From the NCBI RefSeq assembly GCF_046105845.1, contig NZ_CP151004.1: 64,000 nt of DNA; one strand, written 5' to 3'. The number at the start of each line of letters is the position of its first letter. The stretch's first letter is position 1. The stretch comes from Escherichia coli (GTDB lineage: Bacteria > Pseudomonadota > Gammaproteobacteria > Enterobacterales > Enterobacteriaceae). Below are positions 48,384 through 60,556 of this stretch, piece after piece. Position numbers and translations under genes: made by a program. The notes below the pieces were generated by a model. It did no database searches. It worked only from the letters and a program-made list of their open reading frames with translations, and was not told where the DNA came from.

Positions 48384-49525
48384 GTCTGAATATGTTCTGG
48401 TTTTTACCGACCCACGGTGACGGGCATTATCTGGGAACGGAAGAAGGTTCACGCCCGGTTGATCACGGTTATCTGCAACAAATTGCGCAAGCGGCGGATC
48501 GCCTGGGCTATACCGGTGTGCTGATCCCAACGGGGCGCTCCTGCGAAGATGCGTGGCTGGTGGCGGCGTCGATGATCCCAGTGACGCAGCGGCTGAAGTT
48601 TCTTGTCGCCCTGCGCCCCAGTGTGACATCACCTACCGTTGCCGCCCGCCAGGCCGCCACGCTTGACCGTCTCTCGAATGGTCGTGCGTTGTTTAACCTG
48701 GTCACAGGCAGCGATCCACAAGAACTGGCAGGCGACGGCGTGTTCCTTGATCATAGCGAGCGCTACGAAGCCTCGGCGGAATTTACCCAGGTTTGGCGGC
48801 GTTTATTGCTGGGAGAAACCGTCGATTTCAACGGCAAACATATTCATGTGCGCGGAGCAAAACTGCTCTTCCCGCCGATTCAACAGCCGTATCCTCCACT
48901 TTACTTTGGCGGATCGTCAGATGTCGCCCAGGAGCTGGCGGCAGAACAAGTTGATCTCTACCTCACCTGGGGCGAACCGCCGGAACTGGTTAAAGAGAAA
49001 ATCGAACAAGTGCGGGCGAAAGCTGCCGCGCATGGACGCAAAATTCGTTTCGGTATTCGTCTGCATGTGATTGTTCGTGAAACCAACGACGAAGCGTGGC
49101 AGGCCGCCGAGCGGTTAATCTCGCATCTTGATGATGAGACTATCGCCAAAGCACAAGCCGCATTCGCCCGGACGGATTCCGTAGGACAACAGCGAATGGC
49201 GGCGCTACATAACGGCAAGCGCGACAATCTGGAGATCAGCCCCAATTTATGGGCGGGCGTTGGCTTAGTGCGCGGCGGTGCCGGGACGGCACTGGTGGGC
49301 GATGGTCCGACGGTCGCTGCGCGAATCAACGAATACGCCGCGCTTGGCATCGACAGCTTTGTGCTTTCGGGCTATCCGCATCTGGAAGAAGCGTATCGGG
49401 TCGGCGAGTTGCTGTTCCCGCATCTGGATGTCGCCATTCCGGAAATTCCCCAGCCGCAGCCGCTGAATCCGCAAGGCGAAGCGGTGGCAAATGATTTTAT
49501 CCCCCGTAAAGTCGCGCAAAGCTAA
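48380..49525 (+). CDS. ssuD: FMNH2-dependent alkanesulfonate monooxygenase SsuD
   Basis: 381-aa ORF, luciferase-like monooxygenase; 4-nt overlap with ssuA. Confidence 0.95.
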   Translation: MSLNMFWFLPTHGDGHYLGTEEGSRPVDHGYLQQIAQAADRLGYTGVLIPTGRSCEDAWLVAASMIPVTQRLKFLVALRPSVTSPTVAARQAATLDRLSNGRALFNLVTGSDPQELAGDGVFLDHSERYEASAEFTQVWRRLLLGETVDFNGKHIHVRGAKLLFPPIQQPYPPLYFGGSSDVAQELAAEQVDLYLTWGEPPELVKEKIEQVRAKAAAHGRKIRFGIRLHVIVRETNDEAWQAAERLISHLDDETIAKAQAAFARTDSVGQQRMAALHNGKRDNLEISPNLWAGVGLVRGGAGTALVGDGPTVAARINEYAALGIDSFVLSGYPHLEEAYRVGELLFPHLDVAIPEIPQPQPLNPQGEAVANDFIPRKVAQS

Positions 49526-49535
49526 GGAAGAAATA

Positions 49536-50327
49536 ATGGCAACGCCAGTGAAGAAGTGGTTATTGCGCGTTGCCCCCTGGTTTTTACCGGTGGGCATCGT
49601 GGCGGTGTGGCAACTGGCCTCCTCAGTTGGCTGGCTGTCGACGCGTATTTTGCCCTCACCGGAAGGCGTAGTGATGGCGTTCTGGACGCTCTCCGCCAGC
49701 GGCGAATTGTGGCAGCATCTGGCGATCAGCTCCTGGCGGGCGCTCATTGGCTTTTCAATTGGCGGATCGCTGGGCTTGATTCTGGGACTGATTAGCGGGC
49801 TGTCGCGCTGGGGAGAACGGCTGCTGGATACCTCAATTCAGATGTTGCGCAACGTGCCGCATCTGGCGCTGATCCCGCTGGTGATTTTGTGGTTTGGCAT
49901 TGATGAATCCGCAAAAATCTTTCTGGTGGCGCTCGGCACGCTATTCCCCATTTATATCAACACCTGGCACGGCATCCGTAATATCGATCGCGGGTTGGTG
50001 GAAATGGCGCGTAGCTATGGATTATCCGGCATACCGCTGTTTATCCATGTGATCCTGCCTGGTGCCCTGCCCTCAATTATGGTCGGCGTGCGTTTTGCAT
50101 TGGGCCTGATGTGGCTGACGTTGATTGTTGCCGAAACCATTTCTGCCAATTCCGGCATTGGTTATCTGGCGATGAATGCGCGGGAGTTTTTGCAAACGGA
50201 CGTGGTGGTAGTCGCCATTATTCTTTACGCCCTGCTCGGCAAACTGGCTGACGTCAGCGCGCAGCTGTTAGAGCGCCTCTGGTTGCGCTGGAACCCGGCT
50301 TATCATTTGAAGGAGGCCACGGTATGA
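49536..50327 (+). CDS. ssuC: Aliphatic sulfonate ABC transporter permease SsuC
   Basis: ORF trimmed to [16 protein letters not shown] (263 aa). Confidence 0.93.
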
Positions 50328-51091
50328 ATACTGCTCGTCTGAACCAGGGCACACCATTGTTGCTCAATGCAGTAAGCAAACATTACGCGGAAAATATCGT
50401 CCTGAACCAACTGGATTTACATATTCCGGCTGGTCAGTTTGTGGCGGTGGTGGGCCGCAGCGGTGGTGGCAAAAGTACCCTGCTGCGCCTGCTGGCAGGT
50501 CTGGAAACGCCAACCGCTGGCGATGTGTTAGCGGGCACCACACCGCTGGCTGAGATTCAGGAAGACACGCGAATGATGTTTCAGGATGCGCGTCTGCTGC
50601 CGTGGAAATCGGTGATTGATAACGTTGGGTTAGGCCTTAAAGGCCAGTGGCGCGATGCCGCGCGTCGGGCGTTGGCTGCAGTAGGACTGGAGAATCGCGC
50701 AGGGGAATGGCCTGCCGCACTTTCAGGCGGGCAGAAACAGCGAGTGGCGCTGGCAAGAGCGTTGATTCATCGACCGGGTTTATTGTTGCTTGATGAACCG
50801 CTCGGGGCGCTGGACGCCTTAACGCGACTCGAGATGCAGGATTTGATTGTGTCACTTTGGCAGGAGCACGGCTTTACCGTACTGTTGGTGACGCATGATG
50901 TGAGCGAAGCGGTGGCAATGGCTGACCGGGTGTTGTTAATTGAAGAGGGAAAAATTGGTCTGGATTTGACGGTGGATATCCCCCGTCCGCGCCGGTTAGG
51001 GTCGGTGCGATTAGCGGAGCTGGAAGCGGAAGTGTTGCAACGGGTGATGCAGCGTGGTGAATCTGAAACTCGCCTGAGAAAACAGGGGTAA
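50324..51091 (+). CDS. ssuB: Aliphatic sulfonate ABC transporter ATPase SsuB
   Basis: 255 aa; Walker [10 protein letters not shown]; 4-nt overlap with ssuC. Confidence 0.95.
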
Positions 51092-51095
51092 ATTC

Positions 51096-51134
51096 CCGAA
51101 TGGCGGCGCTATTGCCGCCATTCGGTTATTTTTT
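51096..51134. terminator. Bidirectional terminator between convergent ssuB and pepN
   Basis: CCGAATGGCGGC-gctatt-GCCGCCATTCGG followed by TTATTTTTT; overlaps pepN stop. Confidence 0.75.
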
Positions 51135-53745
51135 AAGCCAGTGCTTTGGTGATCTTCTCGTACAGATCGCCAGAGAGATTTTCCAGCCCTTTCAACTGCT
51201 CCAGCGCCGCGCGCATTTTCTCCTGACGTTTGGCATCGTAACGTTTCAGGCGAATCAGCGGCTCAATCAGGCGTGAAGCCACCTGCGGGTTACGGCTGTT
51301 GAGGTCGGTAAGCATTTCCACCAGGAACTGGTAACCGCTGCCATCTTCGGCATGGAACGCTGCCGGATTGCTGCCCGCAAACGCGCCAATCAACGAACGA
51401 ATACGGTTCGGGTTGCTCATGGTAAATGAGCGATGCTGCAACAGACCGCGCACCGTCTCCAGCACATTCGCCGCCGGGCTGGTGGCTTGCAGGATAAACC
51501 ATTTATCCATCACCAGACCGTCCTGATGCCACTTGTCGTCGTACTCCTGCATCAGCGCGTCACGGCAAGGCAGCTGTGCAGCAACCGCCGCAGAAAGCGC
51601 TGCCAGCGCATCGGTCATATTGTTTGCTTCATGGTATTGCTTGCTCACCAGCACGTCAGCCAGATGCGTTTCACCAAAAGCAAGGAAGCGCAGGCAGGCA
51701 TTACGCAGAGTGCGTTTTGCAATATCTTCATGCTCAACACGGTACTCGCTCTGGTAATTCGCGTTGTAAATAGCCAGTAGCTCATCCGCCAGTTCAGTCG
51801 CCAGAGTACGAGTGAGTGCTTCGCGTACTTCAGCAATAGCAATCGGGTCGATGATATCGAACAGTTCTGCCATTTCATTGACGGAAGGCAGCGTCAGGAT
51901 TTCTGCCACCAGCGCCGGATCAATCTTCTCATCAAGCAGTACCGCGCGGAAAGCATCAGCCACATGCACCGGCAGAGACAGCGGCTGACCTTGTTGATGA
52001 CGCGCGACGTTCAGCTTGATGTAGGTTGCCAGCAGGCTTTGCGCCGCATCCCAGCGGGAGAAATCATTACGCGCATGACGCATCAGGAAGGTCAGTTGCT
52101 GATCGCTCCACTTATATTCCAGTTTCACTGGCGCAGAGAATTCGCACAACAGCGCAGGCACCGGCTGGAAGTAGACATTATCAAAGACAAAGGTCTGTTC
52201 CGCCTGGGTGACGTTCAGCACCGAATTGACCGGATGACCGCCTTTCTGCAACGGGATCACTTTGCCTTCGTTATCATACAGTTCGATGGCAAACGGAATA
52301 TGCAGCGGCTGTTTTTCTGCCTGATCCGGCGTAGCTGGCGTGCGCTGGCTGATGGTCAGGGTGTACTGCTCGGTTTCTGGATTGTAGTCGTCTTTGACGG
52401 TCACAATCGGCGTACCGGACTGGCTGTACCAACGGCGGAAATGGGAGAGATCGACATTCGACGCATCTTCCATCGCCTGCACAAAGTCGTCACAGGTCGC
52501 TGCACTACCATCATGACGCTCGAAATAGAGCTGCATCCCTTTCTGGAAGTTTTCTTCGCCCAGCAGGGTGTGGATCATGCGAATCACTTCCGCGCCCTTC
52601 TCGTAAACGGTCAGGGTGTAGAAGTTGTTCATTTCAATGACCATATCCGGGCGGATCGGGTGCGCCATCGGGCTGGCGTCTTCCGCAAACTGCAATCCGC
52701 GCATGGTGCGCACGTTGTTGATACGGTTTACCGCGCGGGAACCAAGGTCAGAGCTGAATTCCTGATCGCGGAACACGGTTAAACCTTCTTTCAGGCTGAG
52801 CTGGAACCAGTCGCGGCAGGTCACACGGTTACCGGTCCAGTTATGGAAATATTCATGGCCGATAACACGCTCAATATCGAGGTAATCTTTATCGGTGGCG
52901 GTGTCGGTACGGGCCAGCACATATTTGGAGTTAAAGATATTCAGACCTTTATTCTCCATTGCGCCCATATTGAAGAAATCCACCGCGACGATCATATAGA
53001 TGTCGAGGTCATACTCCAGGCCGAAGCGTTCTTCATCCCATTTCATGGAGTTTTTCAGCGAGGTCATCGCCCACGGCGCGCGGTCGAGGTTGCCGCGATC
53101 GACGTACAACTCCAGCGCCACTTCGCGACCAGAACGCGTGGTGAAGGTGTCGCGCAGCACGTCGAAGTCGCCTGCAACCAGCGCAAACAGGTAGCACGGT
53201 TTAGGGAACGGGTCCTGCCACTGTACCCAGTGACGTCCGTTTTCCAGTTCGCCTTGCGCAACGCGGTTACCGTTGGAAAGCAGGAAGGGATATTTGGTTT
53301 TATCGGCAATAATTTTGGTGGTAAAACGCGCCAGCACGTCCGGGCGGTCGAGATAATAGGTAATATGGCGGAAACCTTCGGCTTCACACTGGGTGCAAAG
53401 CGCATCGCCTGACTGATAAAGCCCTTCCAGCGCGGTATTCGTCGCCGGGCTAATTTCATTAACGATCTTAAGCGTAAAACGCTCCGGCAAATTACTGATG
53501 ACCAGTGCGCCCTCTTCTTCTTTCCAGGCGGTCCACGGCTCATCATTAATATGAACAGAAACCAGTTTAAGATCTTCGCCATCAAGACGAAGCGGAGCAT
53601 CTGATGCACCATGACGGACAGCCTGGCTGACCGCGGTAACGACCGTCTTTTGCGCGTCCAGGTCAAAGGTCAAGTCAATATCAGTAATCTGGTAATCCGG
53701 CGCACGATAATCGTGACGGTATTTGGCTTGTGGCTGTTGAGTCAT
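51133..53745 (-). CDS. pepN: Aminopeptidase N
   Basis: 870 aa; M1 zinc metallopeptidase with HEYFHNWTG and GAMEN motifs. Confidence 0.97.
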   Translation of the reverse strand: MTQQPQAKYRHDYRAPDYQITDIDLTFDLDAQKTVVTAVSQAVRHGASDAPLRLDGEDLKLVSVHINDEPWTAWKEEEGALVISNLPERFTLKIVNEISPATNTALEGLYQSGDALCTQCEAEGFRHITYYLDRPDVLARFTTKIIADKTKYPFLLSNGNRVAQGELENGRHWVQWQDPFPKPCYLFALVAGDFDVLRDTFTTRSGREVALELYVDRGNLDRAPWAMTSLKNSMKWDEERFGLEYDLDIYMIVAVDFFNMGAMENKGLNIFNSKYVLARTDTATDKDYLDIERVIGHEYFHNWTGNRVTCRDWFQLSLKEGLTVFRDQEFSSDLGSRAVNRINNVRTMRGLQFAEDASPMAHPIRPDMVIEMNNFYTLTVYEKGAEVIRMIHTLLGEENFQKGMQLYFERHDGSAATCDDFVQAMEDASNVDLSHFRRWYSQSGTPIVTVKDDYNPETEQYTLTISQRTPATPDQAEKQPLHIPFAIELYDNEGKVIPLQKGGHPVNSVLNVTQAEQTFVFDNVYFQPVPALLCEFSAPVKLEYKWSDQQLTFLMRHARNDFSRWDAAQSLLATYIKLNVARHQQGQPLSLPVHVADAFRAVLLDEKIDPALVAEILTLPSVNEMAELFDIIDPIAIAEVREALTRTLATELADELLAIYNANYQSEYRVEHEDIAKRTLRNACLRFLAFGETHLADVLVSKQYHEANNMTDALAALSAAVAAQLPCRDALMQEYDDKWHQDGLVMDKWFILQATSPAANVLETVRGLLQHRSFTMSNPNRIRSLIGAFAGSNPAAFHAEDGSGYQFLVEMLTDLNSRNPQVASRLIEPLIRLKRYDAKRQEKMRAALEQLKGLENLSGDLYEKITKALA

Positions 53746-53963
53746 AAATAACCTTTAGCATCTTTTATAGAGTCTGGTGTTCAGTCTATTCCTGTTGCGT
53801 AAATCTCGCTACGCAGAATCTTCATCTTTTCAGGTACAAACGCCTTTATTGCTACATTTTTATAACATACACCGCGTAATGCCATCGACCAGAAAGGTGG
53901 CATATGGTGTGATCGGGGTTCAATAAATTGCGAAACAAGGTATACTCCAGCAGTTCCTGAAGA

Positions 53964-53980
53964 TGTTTATTGTACTAAAC
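53964..53980. promoter_or_regulatory. Candidate NadR operator (NAD box) upstream of pncB
   Basis: TGTTTA-ttgtac-TAAACG resembles the TGTTTA-N6-TAAACA inverted repeat about 30 nt upstream of the pncB ATG; recalled consensus, one mismatch. Confidence 0.45.
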
Positions 53981-54010
53981 GCTCCTGTACGAGGACGCTA
54001 CTGCGCACCT

Positions 54011-55213
54011 ATGACACAATTCGCTTCTCCTGTTCTGCACTCGTTGCTGGATACAGATGCTTATAAGTTGCATATGCAGCAAGCCGTGTTTCATCACTAT
54101 TACGATGTGCATGTCGCGGCGGAGTTTCGTTGCCGAGGTGACGATCTGCTGGGTATTTATGCCGATGCTATTCGTGAACAGGTTCAGGCGATGCAGCACC
54201 TGCGCCTGCAGGATGATGAATATCAGTGGCTCTCTGCCCTGCCTTTCTTTAAGGCCGACTATCTTAACTGGCTACGCGAGTTCCGCTTTAACCCGGAACA
54301 AGTCACCGTGTCCAACGATAATGGCAAGCTGGATATTCGTTTAAGCGGCCCGTGGCGTGAAGTCATCCTCTGGGAAGTTCCTTTGCTGGCGGTTATCAGT
54401 GAAATGGTACATCGCTATCGCTCACCGCAGGCCGACGTTGCGCAAGCCCTCGACACGCTGGAAAGCAAATTAGCCGACTTCTCGGCATTAACCGCCGGTC
54501 TTGATATGTCGCGCTTCCATCTGATGGATTTTGGCACCCGCCGACGTTTTTCTCGTGAAGTACAAGAAACCATCGTGAAACGTCTGCAACAGGAATCCTG
54601 GTTCGTGGGCACCAGCAACTACGATCTGGCGCGTCGGCTTTCCCTCACGCCGATGGGAACACAGGCACACGAATGGTTCCAGGCGCATCAGCAAATCAGC
54701 CCGGATCTAGCCAACAGCCAGCGAGCTGCACTTGCTGCCTGGCTGGAAGAATATCCCGACCAACTTGGCATTGCATTAACCGACTGCATCACTATGGATG
54801 CTTTCCTGCGTGATTTCGGTGTCGAGTTCGCCAGTCGCTATCAGGGCCTGCGTCATGACTCCGGCGACCCGGTTGAATGGGGTGAAAAAGCCATTGCACA
54901 TTATGAGAAGCTGGGAATTGATCCACAGAGTAAAACGCTGGTTTTCTCTGACAATCTGGATTTACGCAAAGCGGTTGAGCTATACCGCCACTTCTCTTCC
55001 CGCGTGCAATTAAGTTTTGGTATTGGGACTCGCCTGACCTGCGATATCCCCCAGGTAAAACCCCTGAATATTGTCATTAAGTTGGTAGAGTGTAACGGTA
55101 AACCAGTGGCGAAACTTTCTGACAGCCCTGGCAAAACTATCTGCCACGATAAAGCGTTTGTTCGGGCGCTGCGCAAAGCGTTCGACCTTCCGCATATTAA
55201 AAAAGCCAGTTAA
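54011..55213 (+). CDS. pncB: Nicotinate phosphoribosyltransferase
   Basis: ORF trimmed to [19 protein letters not shown] (400 aa). Confidence 0.95.
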   Translation: MTQFASPVLHSLLDTDAYKLHMQQAVFHHYYDVHVAAEFRCRGDDLLGIYADAIREQVQAMQHLRLQDDEYQWLSALPFFKADYLNWLREFRFNPEQVTVSNDNGKLDIRLSGPWREVILWEVPLLAVISEMVHRYRSPQADVAQALDTLESKLADFSALTAGLDMSRFHLMDFGTRRRFSREVQETIVKRLQQESWFVGTSNYDLARRLSLTPMGTQAHEWFQAHQQISPDLANSQRAALAAWLEEYPDQLGIALTDCITMDAFLRDFGVEFASRYQGLRHDSGDPVEWGEKAIAHYEKLGIDPQSKTLVFSDNLDLRKAVELYRHFSSRVQLSFGIGTRLTCDIPQVKPLNIVIKLVECNGKPVAKLSDSPGKTICHDKAFVRALRKAFDLPHIKKAS

Positions 55214-55220
55214 TATCATC

Positions 55221-55246
55221 AGGGAGCTAATCGGCTCCCTTTTTTT
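55221..55246 (+). terminator. Rho-independent terminator of pncB
   Basis: AGGGAGC-taatc-GGCTCCCT followed by TTTTTT. Confidence 0.75.
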
Positions 55247-55381
55247 ACCTTTAATTCCGAAATCTTTCGCTGCATTTGCGAATTCTGCTTGTCTGATTGC
55301 AGATGCCAGGTAACATAGGTATCCCCCCATTTACGGGTGGACAAGTGTTTATTTTTTCCGACTATTAACAGAGAGAATATT

Positions 55382-56782
55382 ATGAGCGTTGTGCCTGTAG
55401 CCGACGTACTCCAGGGCCGCGTAGCCGTTGACAGCGAAGTCACCGTGCGCGGATGGGTACGTACCCGCCGAGATTCAAAAGCTGGCATCTCCTTCCTCGC
55501 CGTTTATGACGGTTCCTGCTTTGATCCTGTACAGGCTGTCATCAATAATTCTCTGCCCAATTACAATGAAGACGTCCTGCGTCTGACCACCGGTTGCTCG
55601 GTCATTGTGACGGGTAAAGTCGTGGCATCGCCGGGCCAGGGGCAACAATTTGAAATTCAGGCCAGCAAGGTTGAAGTTGCTGGTTGGGTTGAAGATCCAG
55701 ACACTTACCCGATGGCGGCAAAACGCCACAGCATTGAGTATCTGCGTGAAGTCGCTCACCTGCGTCCGCGCACAAACCTGATTGGTGCCGTCGCGCGCGT
55801 TCGCCATACGCTGGCGCAGGCGCTGCATCGCTTCTTTAACGAGCAGGGATTCTTCTGGGTTTCAACGCCACTGATTACTGCGTCTGATACCGAAGGGGCT
55901 GGCGAAATGTTCCGCGTTTCTACGCTGGATCTGGAAAACCTGCCGCGTAACGATCAGGGCAAAGTGGATTTCGACAAAGACTTCTTTGGTAAAGAGTCTT
56001 TCCTGACCGTATCTGGCCAGTTGAACGGCGAAACCTACGCTTGCGCATTGTCCAAAATTTATACCTTCGGCCCGACTTTCCGTGCTGAAAACTCCAACAC
56101 CAGCCGTCACCTGGCGGAATTCTGGATGCTGGAGCCGGAAGTGGCGTTTGCTAACCTGAACGATATCGCGGGTCTGGCTGAAGCCATGCTGAAATATGTC
56201 TTCAAAGCGGTTCTCGAAGAACGCGCTGACGACATGAAATTCTTCGCTGAACGCGTAGATAAAGATGCCGTTTCACGTCTGGAACGCTTCATTGAAGCCG
56301 ATTTTGCGCAGGTGGATTACACCGACGCAGTGACCATTCTCGAAAACTGCGGCAGGAAGTTTGAAAACCCGGTTTACTGGGGCGTTGATCTCTCTTCTGA
56401 GCATGAGCGTTATCTGGCGGAAGAACACTTTAAAGCACCGGTAGTGGTTAAAAACTATCCGAAAGATATTAAAGCGTTCTATATGCGCCTTAACGAAGAC
56501 GGTAAAACCGTTGCGGCTATGGACGTTCTGGCTCCGGGCATCGGTGAGATCATTGGTGGCTCCCAGCGTGAAGAGCGTCTGGACGTGCTGGACGAGCGTA
56601 TGCTGGAAATGGGCCTGAACAAAGAAGATTACTGGTGGTATCGCGATCTGCGTCGCTACGGTACTGTTCCGCATTCCGGTTTCGGTCTTGGTTTTGAACG
56701 CCTGATTGCTTACGTAACTGGCGTGCAAAACGTGCGTGATGTGATTCCGTTCCCACGTACTCCGCGTAACGCCAGCTTCTAA
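55382..56782 (+). CDS. asnS: Asparagine--tRNA ligase
   Basis: ORF trimmed to [20 protein letters not shown] (466 aa); class II aaRS. Confidence 0.97.
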
Positions 56783-56796
56783 TTTAGCGTCTTCAA

Positions 56797-56824
56797 GAGC
56801 CAGCGCCCGCTGGCTCTTTTTTTA
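56797..56824 (+). terminator. Rho-independent terminator of asnS
   Basis: GAGCCAGC-gccc-GCTGGCTC followed by TTTTTTT. Confidence 0.75.
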
Positions 56825-57173
56825 TCCTTTCTGTCAAGTTATCTGTTTGTTAAGTCAAGCAATCTATTTGCAACCCCACCATAACGATCATCCTGTTACG
56901 GAATATTACACTGCAACATTTGCGCACAAAAAATAATCCGCATTCTTATTGCGGATTAGTTTTTTCTTAGCTGATAGCACAATTTTCATACTGTTTTTTG
57001 GCGTTCTGGATGTCTGAACGAGGATTTAGTGCCAGGTCGATAAAGTTTCCATCAGAAACAAAATTTCCGTTTAGTTAATTTAAATATAAGGAAATCATAT
57101 AAATAGATAAATATTGCTGTAAATATCATCACGCTTCTATGGAAATATGACGGTGTTCACAAAGTTCCTTAAA

Positions 57174-57240
57174 TTTTACTTTTTGTTACATATTTTTTCT
57201 TTTTGAAACCAAATCTTTATCTTTGTAGCACTTTCACGGT
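57174..57240 (+). promoter_or_regulatory. ompF promoter-proximal OmpR-binding region (F1-F3 boxes)
   Basis: TTTACTTTTTTGTTACATATTTTTTCTTTTTGAAACCAAATCTTTATCTTTGTAGCACTTTCACGG matches the ompF upstream OmpR box array as recalled; within a 600-bp AT-rich intergenic region. Confidence 0.7.
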
Positions 57241-57384
57241 AGCGAAACGTTAGTTTGAATGGAAAGATGCCTGCAGACACATAAAGACACCAAACTCTCA
57301 TCAATAGTTCCGTAAATTTTTATTGACAGAACTTATTGACGGCAGTGGCAGGTGTCATAAAAAAAACCATGAGGGTAATAAATA

Positions 57385-58458
57385 ATGATGAAGCGCAATA
57401 TTCTGGCAGTGATCGTCCCTGCTCTGTTAGTAGCAGGTACTGCAAACGCTGCAGAAATCTATAACAAAGATGGCAACAAAGTAGATCTGTACGGTAAAGC
57501 TGTCGGTCTGCATTATTTTTCTAAAGACAATGGTGTAAACAGTTACGGCGGAAACGGCGACAAAACTTATGCCCGTCTTGGTTTTAAAGGGGAAACACAA
57601 ATCAATTCCGATCTGACCGGCTACGGTCAGTGGGAATATAACTTCCAGGGTAACAACTCTGAAGGCGCTGATGCCCAGAAAGGTAACAAAACTCGTCTGG
57701 CATTCGCAGGTCTGAAATTCGCTGATGCGGGTTCTATCGACTACGGTCGTAACTACGGTGTGGTTTACGACGCACTGGGTTACACCGATATGCTGCCTGA
57801 GTTTGGCGGTGACACGGCATACAGCGATGACTTCTTCGTTGGTCGTGTAGGCGGCGTTGCTACCTATCGTAACTCCAACTTCTTCGGTCTGGTTGACGGC
57901 CTGAACTTTGCCGTTCAGTACTTGGGCAAAAACGAACGTGCTGGTATTCCTGAGCGTTCCAACGGCGACGGCGTCGGTGGCTCTATCAGCTACGAATTCG
58001 AAGGCTTTGGTATCGTAGGTGCTTACGGTGCAGCAGACCGTACCGACGCCCAGGAAGCCGAATTCCGCGGTCAGGGTAAAAAAGCTGAACAGTGGGCAAC
58101 TGGTCTGAAGTATGACGCGAACAACATCTACCTGGCAGCGAACTACGGTGAAACCCGTAACGCTACGCCAATTGAAGGCGGCTTCGCCAACAAAACGCAA
58201 GACGTTCTGTTAGTTGCGCAATACCAGTTCGATTTCGGTCTGCGTCCGTCCATCGCTTACACCAAATCTAAAGCGAAAGACGTAGAAGGTATCGGTGATG
58301 TTGATCTGGTGAATTACTTTGAAGTGGGCGCAACCTACTACTTCAACAAAAACATGTCCACCTATGTTGACTACATCATCAACCAGATCGATTCTGACAA
58401 CAAACTGGGCGTAGGTTCTGACGACACCGTTGCTGTGGGTATCGTTTACCAGTTCTAA
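57385..58458 (+). CDS. ompF: Outer membrane porin OmpF (divergent loop allele)
   Basis: [22 protein letters not shown] signal peptide, C-terminal VGIVYQF; 357 aa versus 362 aa recalled for K-12. Confidence 0.95.
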   Translation: MMKRNILAVIVPALLVAGTANAAEIYNKDGNKVDLYGKAVGLHYFSKDNGVNSYGGNGDKTYARLGFKGETQINSDLTGYGQWEYNFQGNNSEGADAQKGNKTRLAFAGLKFADAGSIDYGRNYGVVYDALGYTDMLPEFGGDTAYSDDFFVGRVGGVATYRNSNFFGLVDGLNFAVQYLGKNERAGIPERSNGDGVGGSISYEFEGFGIVGAYGAADRTDAQEAEFRGQGKKAEQWATGLKYDANNIYLAANYGETRNATPIEGGFANKTQDVLLVAQYQFDFGLRPSIAYTKSKAKDVEGIGDVDLVNYFEVGATYYFNKNMSTYVDYIINQIDSDNKLGVGSDDTVAVGIVYQF

Positions 58459-58484
58459 TAGCACACCTCTTTGTTAAATGCCGA

Positions 58485-58513
58485 AAAAACAGGACTTTGG
58501 TCCTGTTTTTTTT
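58485..58513 (+). terminator. Rho-independent terminator of ompF
   Basis: AAAAAACAGGAC-tttgg-TCCTGTTTTTTTT. Confidence 0.8.
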
Positions 58514-58642
58514 ATGCCTTCCAGAGCAATCTCACGTCTTGCAAAAACAGCCTGCGTTTTCATCAGTAATAGTTGGAATTTTGTAAATCTCCCGTTACCC
58601 TGATAGCGGACTTCCCTTCTGTAACCATAATGGAACCTCGTC

Positions 58643-59833
58643 ATGTTTGAGAACATTACCGCCGCTCCTGCCGACCCGATTCTGGGCCTGGCCGATCTGT
58701 TTCGTGCCGATGAACGTCCCGGCAAAATTAACCTCGGGATTGGTGTCTATAAAGATGAGACGGGCAAAACCCCGGTACTGACCAGCGTGAAAAAGGCTGA
58801 ACAGTATCTGCTCGAAAATGAAACCACCAAAAATTACCTCGGCATTGACGGCATCCCTGAATTTGGTCGCTGCACTCAGGAACTGCTGTTTGGTAAAGGT
58901 AGCGCCCTGATCAATGACAAACGTGCTCGCACGGCACAGACTCCGGGTGGCACTGGCGCACTACGCGTGGCTGCCGATTTCCTGGCAAAAAATACCAGCG
59001 TTAAGCGTGTGTGGGTGAGCAACCCAAGCTGGCCAAACCATAAGAGCGTCTTTAACTCTGCAGGTCTGGAAGTTCGTGAATACGCTTATTATGATGCGGA
59101 AAATCACACCCTTGACTTCGATGCACTGATTAACAGCCTGAACGAAGCTCAGGCTGGCGACGTAGTGCTGTTCCATGGCTGCTGCCATAACCCAACCGGT
59201 ATCGACCCTACGCTGGAACAATGGCAGACACTGGCACAACTTTCCGTTGAGAAAGGCTGGTTACCGCTGTTTGACTTCGCTTACCAGGGGTTTGCCCGTG
59301 GTCTGGAAGAAGATGCTGAAGGACTGCGCGCTTTCGCAGCTATGCATAAAGAGCTGATTGTTGCCAGTTCCTACTCTAAAAACTTTGGCCTGTACAACGA
59401 GCGTGTTGGCGCTTGTACTCTGGTTGCTGCTAACAGTGAAACTGTTGATCGCGCATTCAGCCAAATGAAAGCGGCGATTCGCGCTAACTACTCTAACCCA
59501 CCAGCACACGGCGCTTCTGTTGTTGCCACCATCCTGAGCAACGATGCATTACGTGCGATTTGGGAACAAGAGCTGACTGATATGCGCCAGCGTATTCAGC
59601 GTATGCGTCAGTTGTTCGTCAATACGCTGCAGGAAAAAGGCGCAAACCGCGACTTCAGCTTTATCATCAAACAGAACGGCATGTTCTCCTTCAGTGGTCT
59701 GACAAAAGAACAAGTGCTGCGTCTGCGCGAAGAGTTTGGCGTGTATGCTGTTGCTTCTGGTCGTGTGAACGTAGCCGGGATGACACCAGATAATATGGCT
59801 CCGCTGTGCGAAGCGATTGTGGCAGTGCTGTAA
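58643..59833 (+). CDS. aspC: Aspartate aminotransferase
   Basis: 396-aa [42 protein letters not shown] lysine in SYSKNFGLY. Confidence 0.97.
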   Translation: MFENITAAPADPILGLADLFRADERPGKINLGIGVYKDETGKTPVLTSVKKAEQYLLENETTKNYLGIDGIPEFGRCTQELLFGKGSALINDKRARTAQTPGGTGALRVAADFLAKNTSVKRVWVSNPSWPNHKSVFNSAGLEVREYAYYDAENHTLDFDALINSLNEAQAGDVVLFHGCCHNPTGIDPTLEQWQTLAQLSVEKGWLPLFDFAYQGFARGLEEDAEGLRAFAAMHKELIVASSYSKNFGLYNERVGACTLVAANSETVDRAFSQMKAAIRANYSNPPAHGASVVATILSNDALRAIWEQELTDMRQRIQRMRQLFVNTLQEKGANRDFSFIIKQNGMFSFSGLTKEQVLRLREEFGVYAVASGRVNVAGMTPDNMAPLCEAIVAVL

Positions 59834-59848
59834 GCGTTAAAAACAATG

Positions 59849-59875
59849 AAGCCCGCTGAAAAGCGGGCTTTTTTA
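59849..59875. terminator. Bidirectional terminator between convergent aspC and ycbL
   Basis: AAGCCCGC-tgaaaa-GCGGGCTT followed by TTTT. Confidence 0.8.
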
Positions 59876-59882
59876 TGCGCCT

Positions 59883-60530
59883 TTACCAGACGGGCATTTC
59901 GTCTTGCAGGAAGGGATTGTGCAGGCGCTCATAACCAAGAGTGGATAATGGTCCGTGACCCGGAATAAATGTCACGTCATCCCCCAGTGGCAGCAATTTA
60001 TCTTTGATTGAAGAAATCAGTTGATTATGATCGCCACGCGGGAAGTCACTGCGCCCTACTCCACCTTTGAAAATAACATCGCCAGAAATCAGCAGCTTTG
60101 CCCGATCATCAAAAAACACGACATGACCCGGCGTATGCCCAGGGCAATGTAACACCTGTAAAGTCACATTCCCTATGCTGATGGTATCGCCTTCGTTCAG
60201 CCAACGATCTGGCGTCAGCGGCTGGCACTCTTCCAGACCAAACATACGACTTTGCGCAGGCAAGCCTTGCAGCCAGAACTCATCTTCTTTTTCCGGACCA
60301 AAAACCGGCACGCCGTAATGTTGCGCCAGTTCCGCCGCTGCGCCAACGTGGTCCAGATGACCATGCGTCAGCAGGATCTGCATCAGTGTCAGGCCGCTGG
60401 CGTCAACTTCCTGTTTGATTTTTTCCGCATCGCCGCCAGGATCGACCAGTGCGGCCAGACGGGTTTGTTCACACCAGATCAATGAACAGTTCTGGGAGAA
60501 TGCGGTGACCGGAATAATACGATAGTTCAT
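59883..60530 (-). CDS. ycbL: Metallo-beta-lactamase-fold hydrolase YcbL (glyoxalase II family)
   Basis: 215-aa ORF with THGHLDHVG metal-binding motif. Confidence 0.93.
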   Translation of the reverse strand: MNYRIIPVTAFSQNCSLIWCEQTRLAALVDPGGDAEKIKQEVDASGLTLMQILLTHGHLDHVGAAAELAQHYGVPVFGPEKEDEFWLQGLPAQSRMFGLEECQPLTPDRWLNEGDTISIGNVTLQVLHCPGHTPGHVVFFDDRAKLLISGDVIFKGGVGRSDFPRGDHNQLISSIKDKLLPLGDDVTFIPGHGPLSTLGYERLHNPFLQDEMPVW

Positions 60531-60556
60531 ACTGCCCCTGTTTCGTTAAGCGATTG

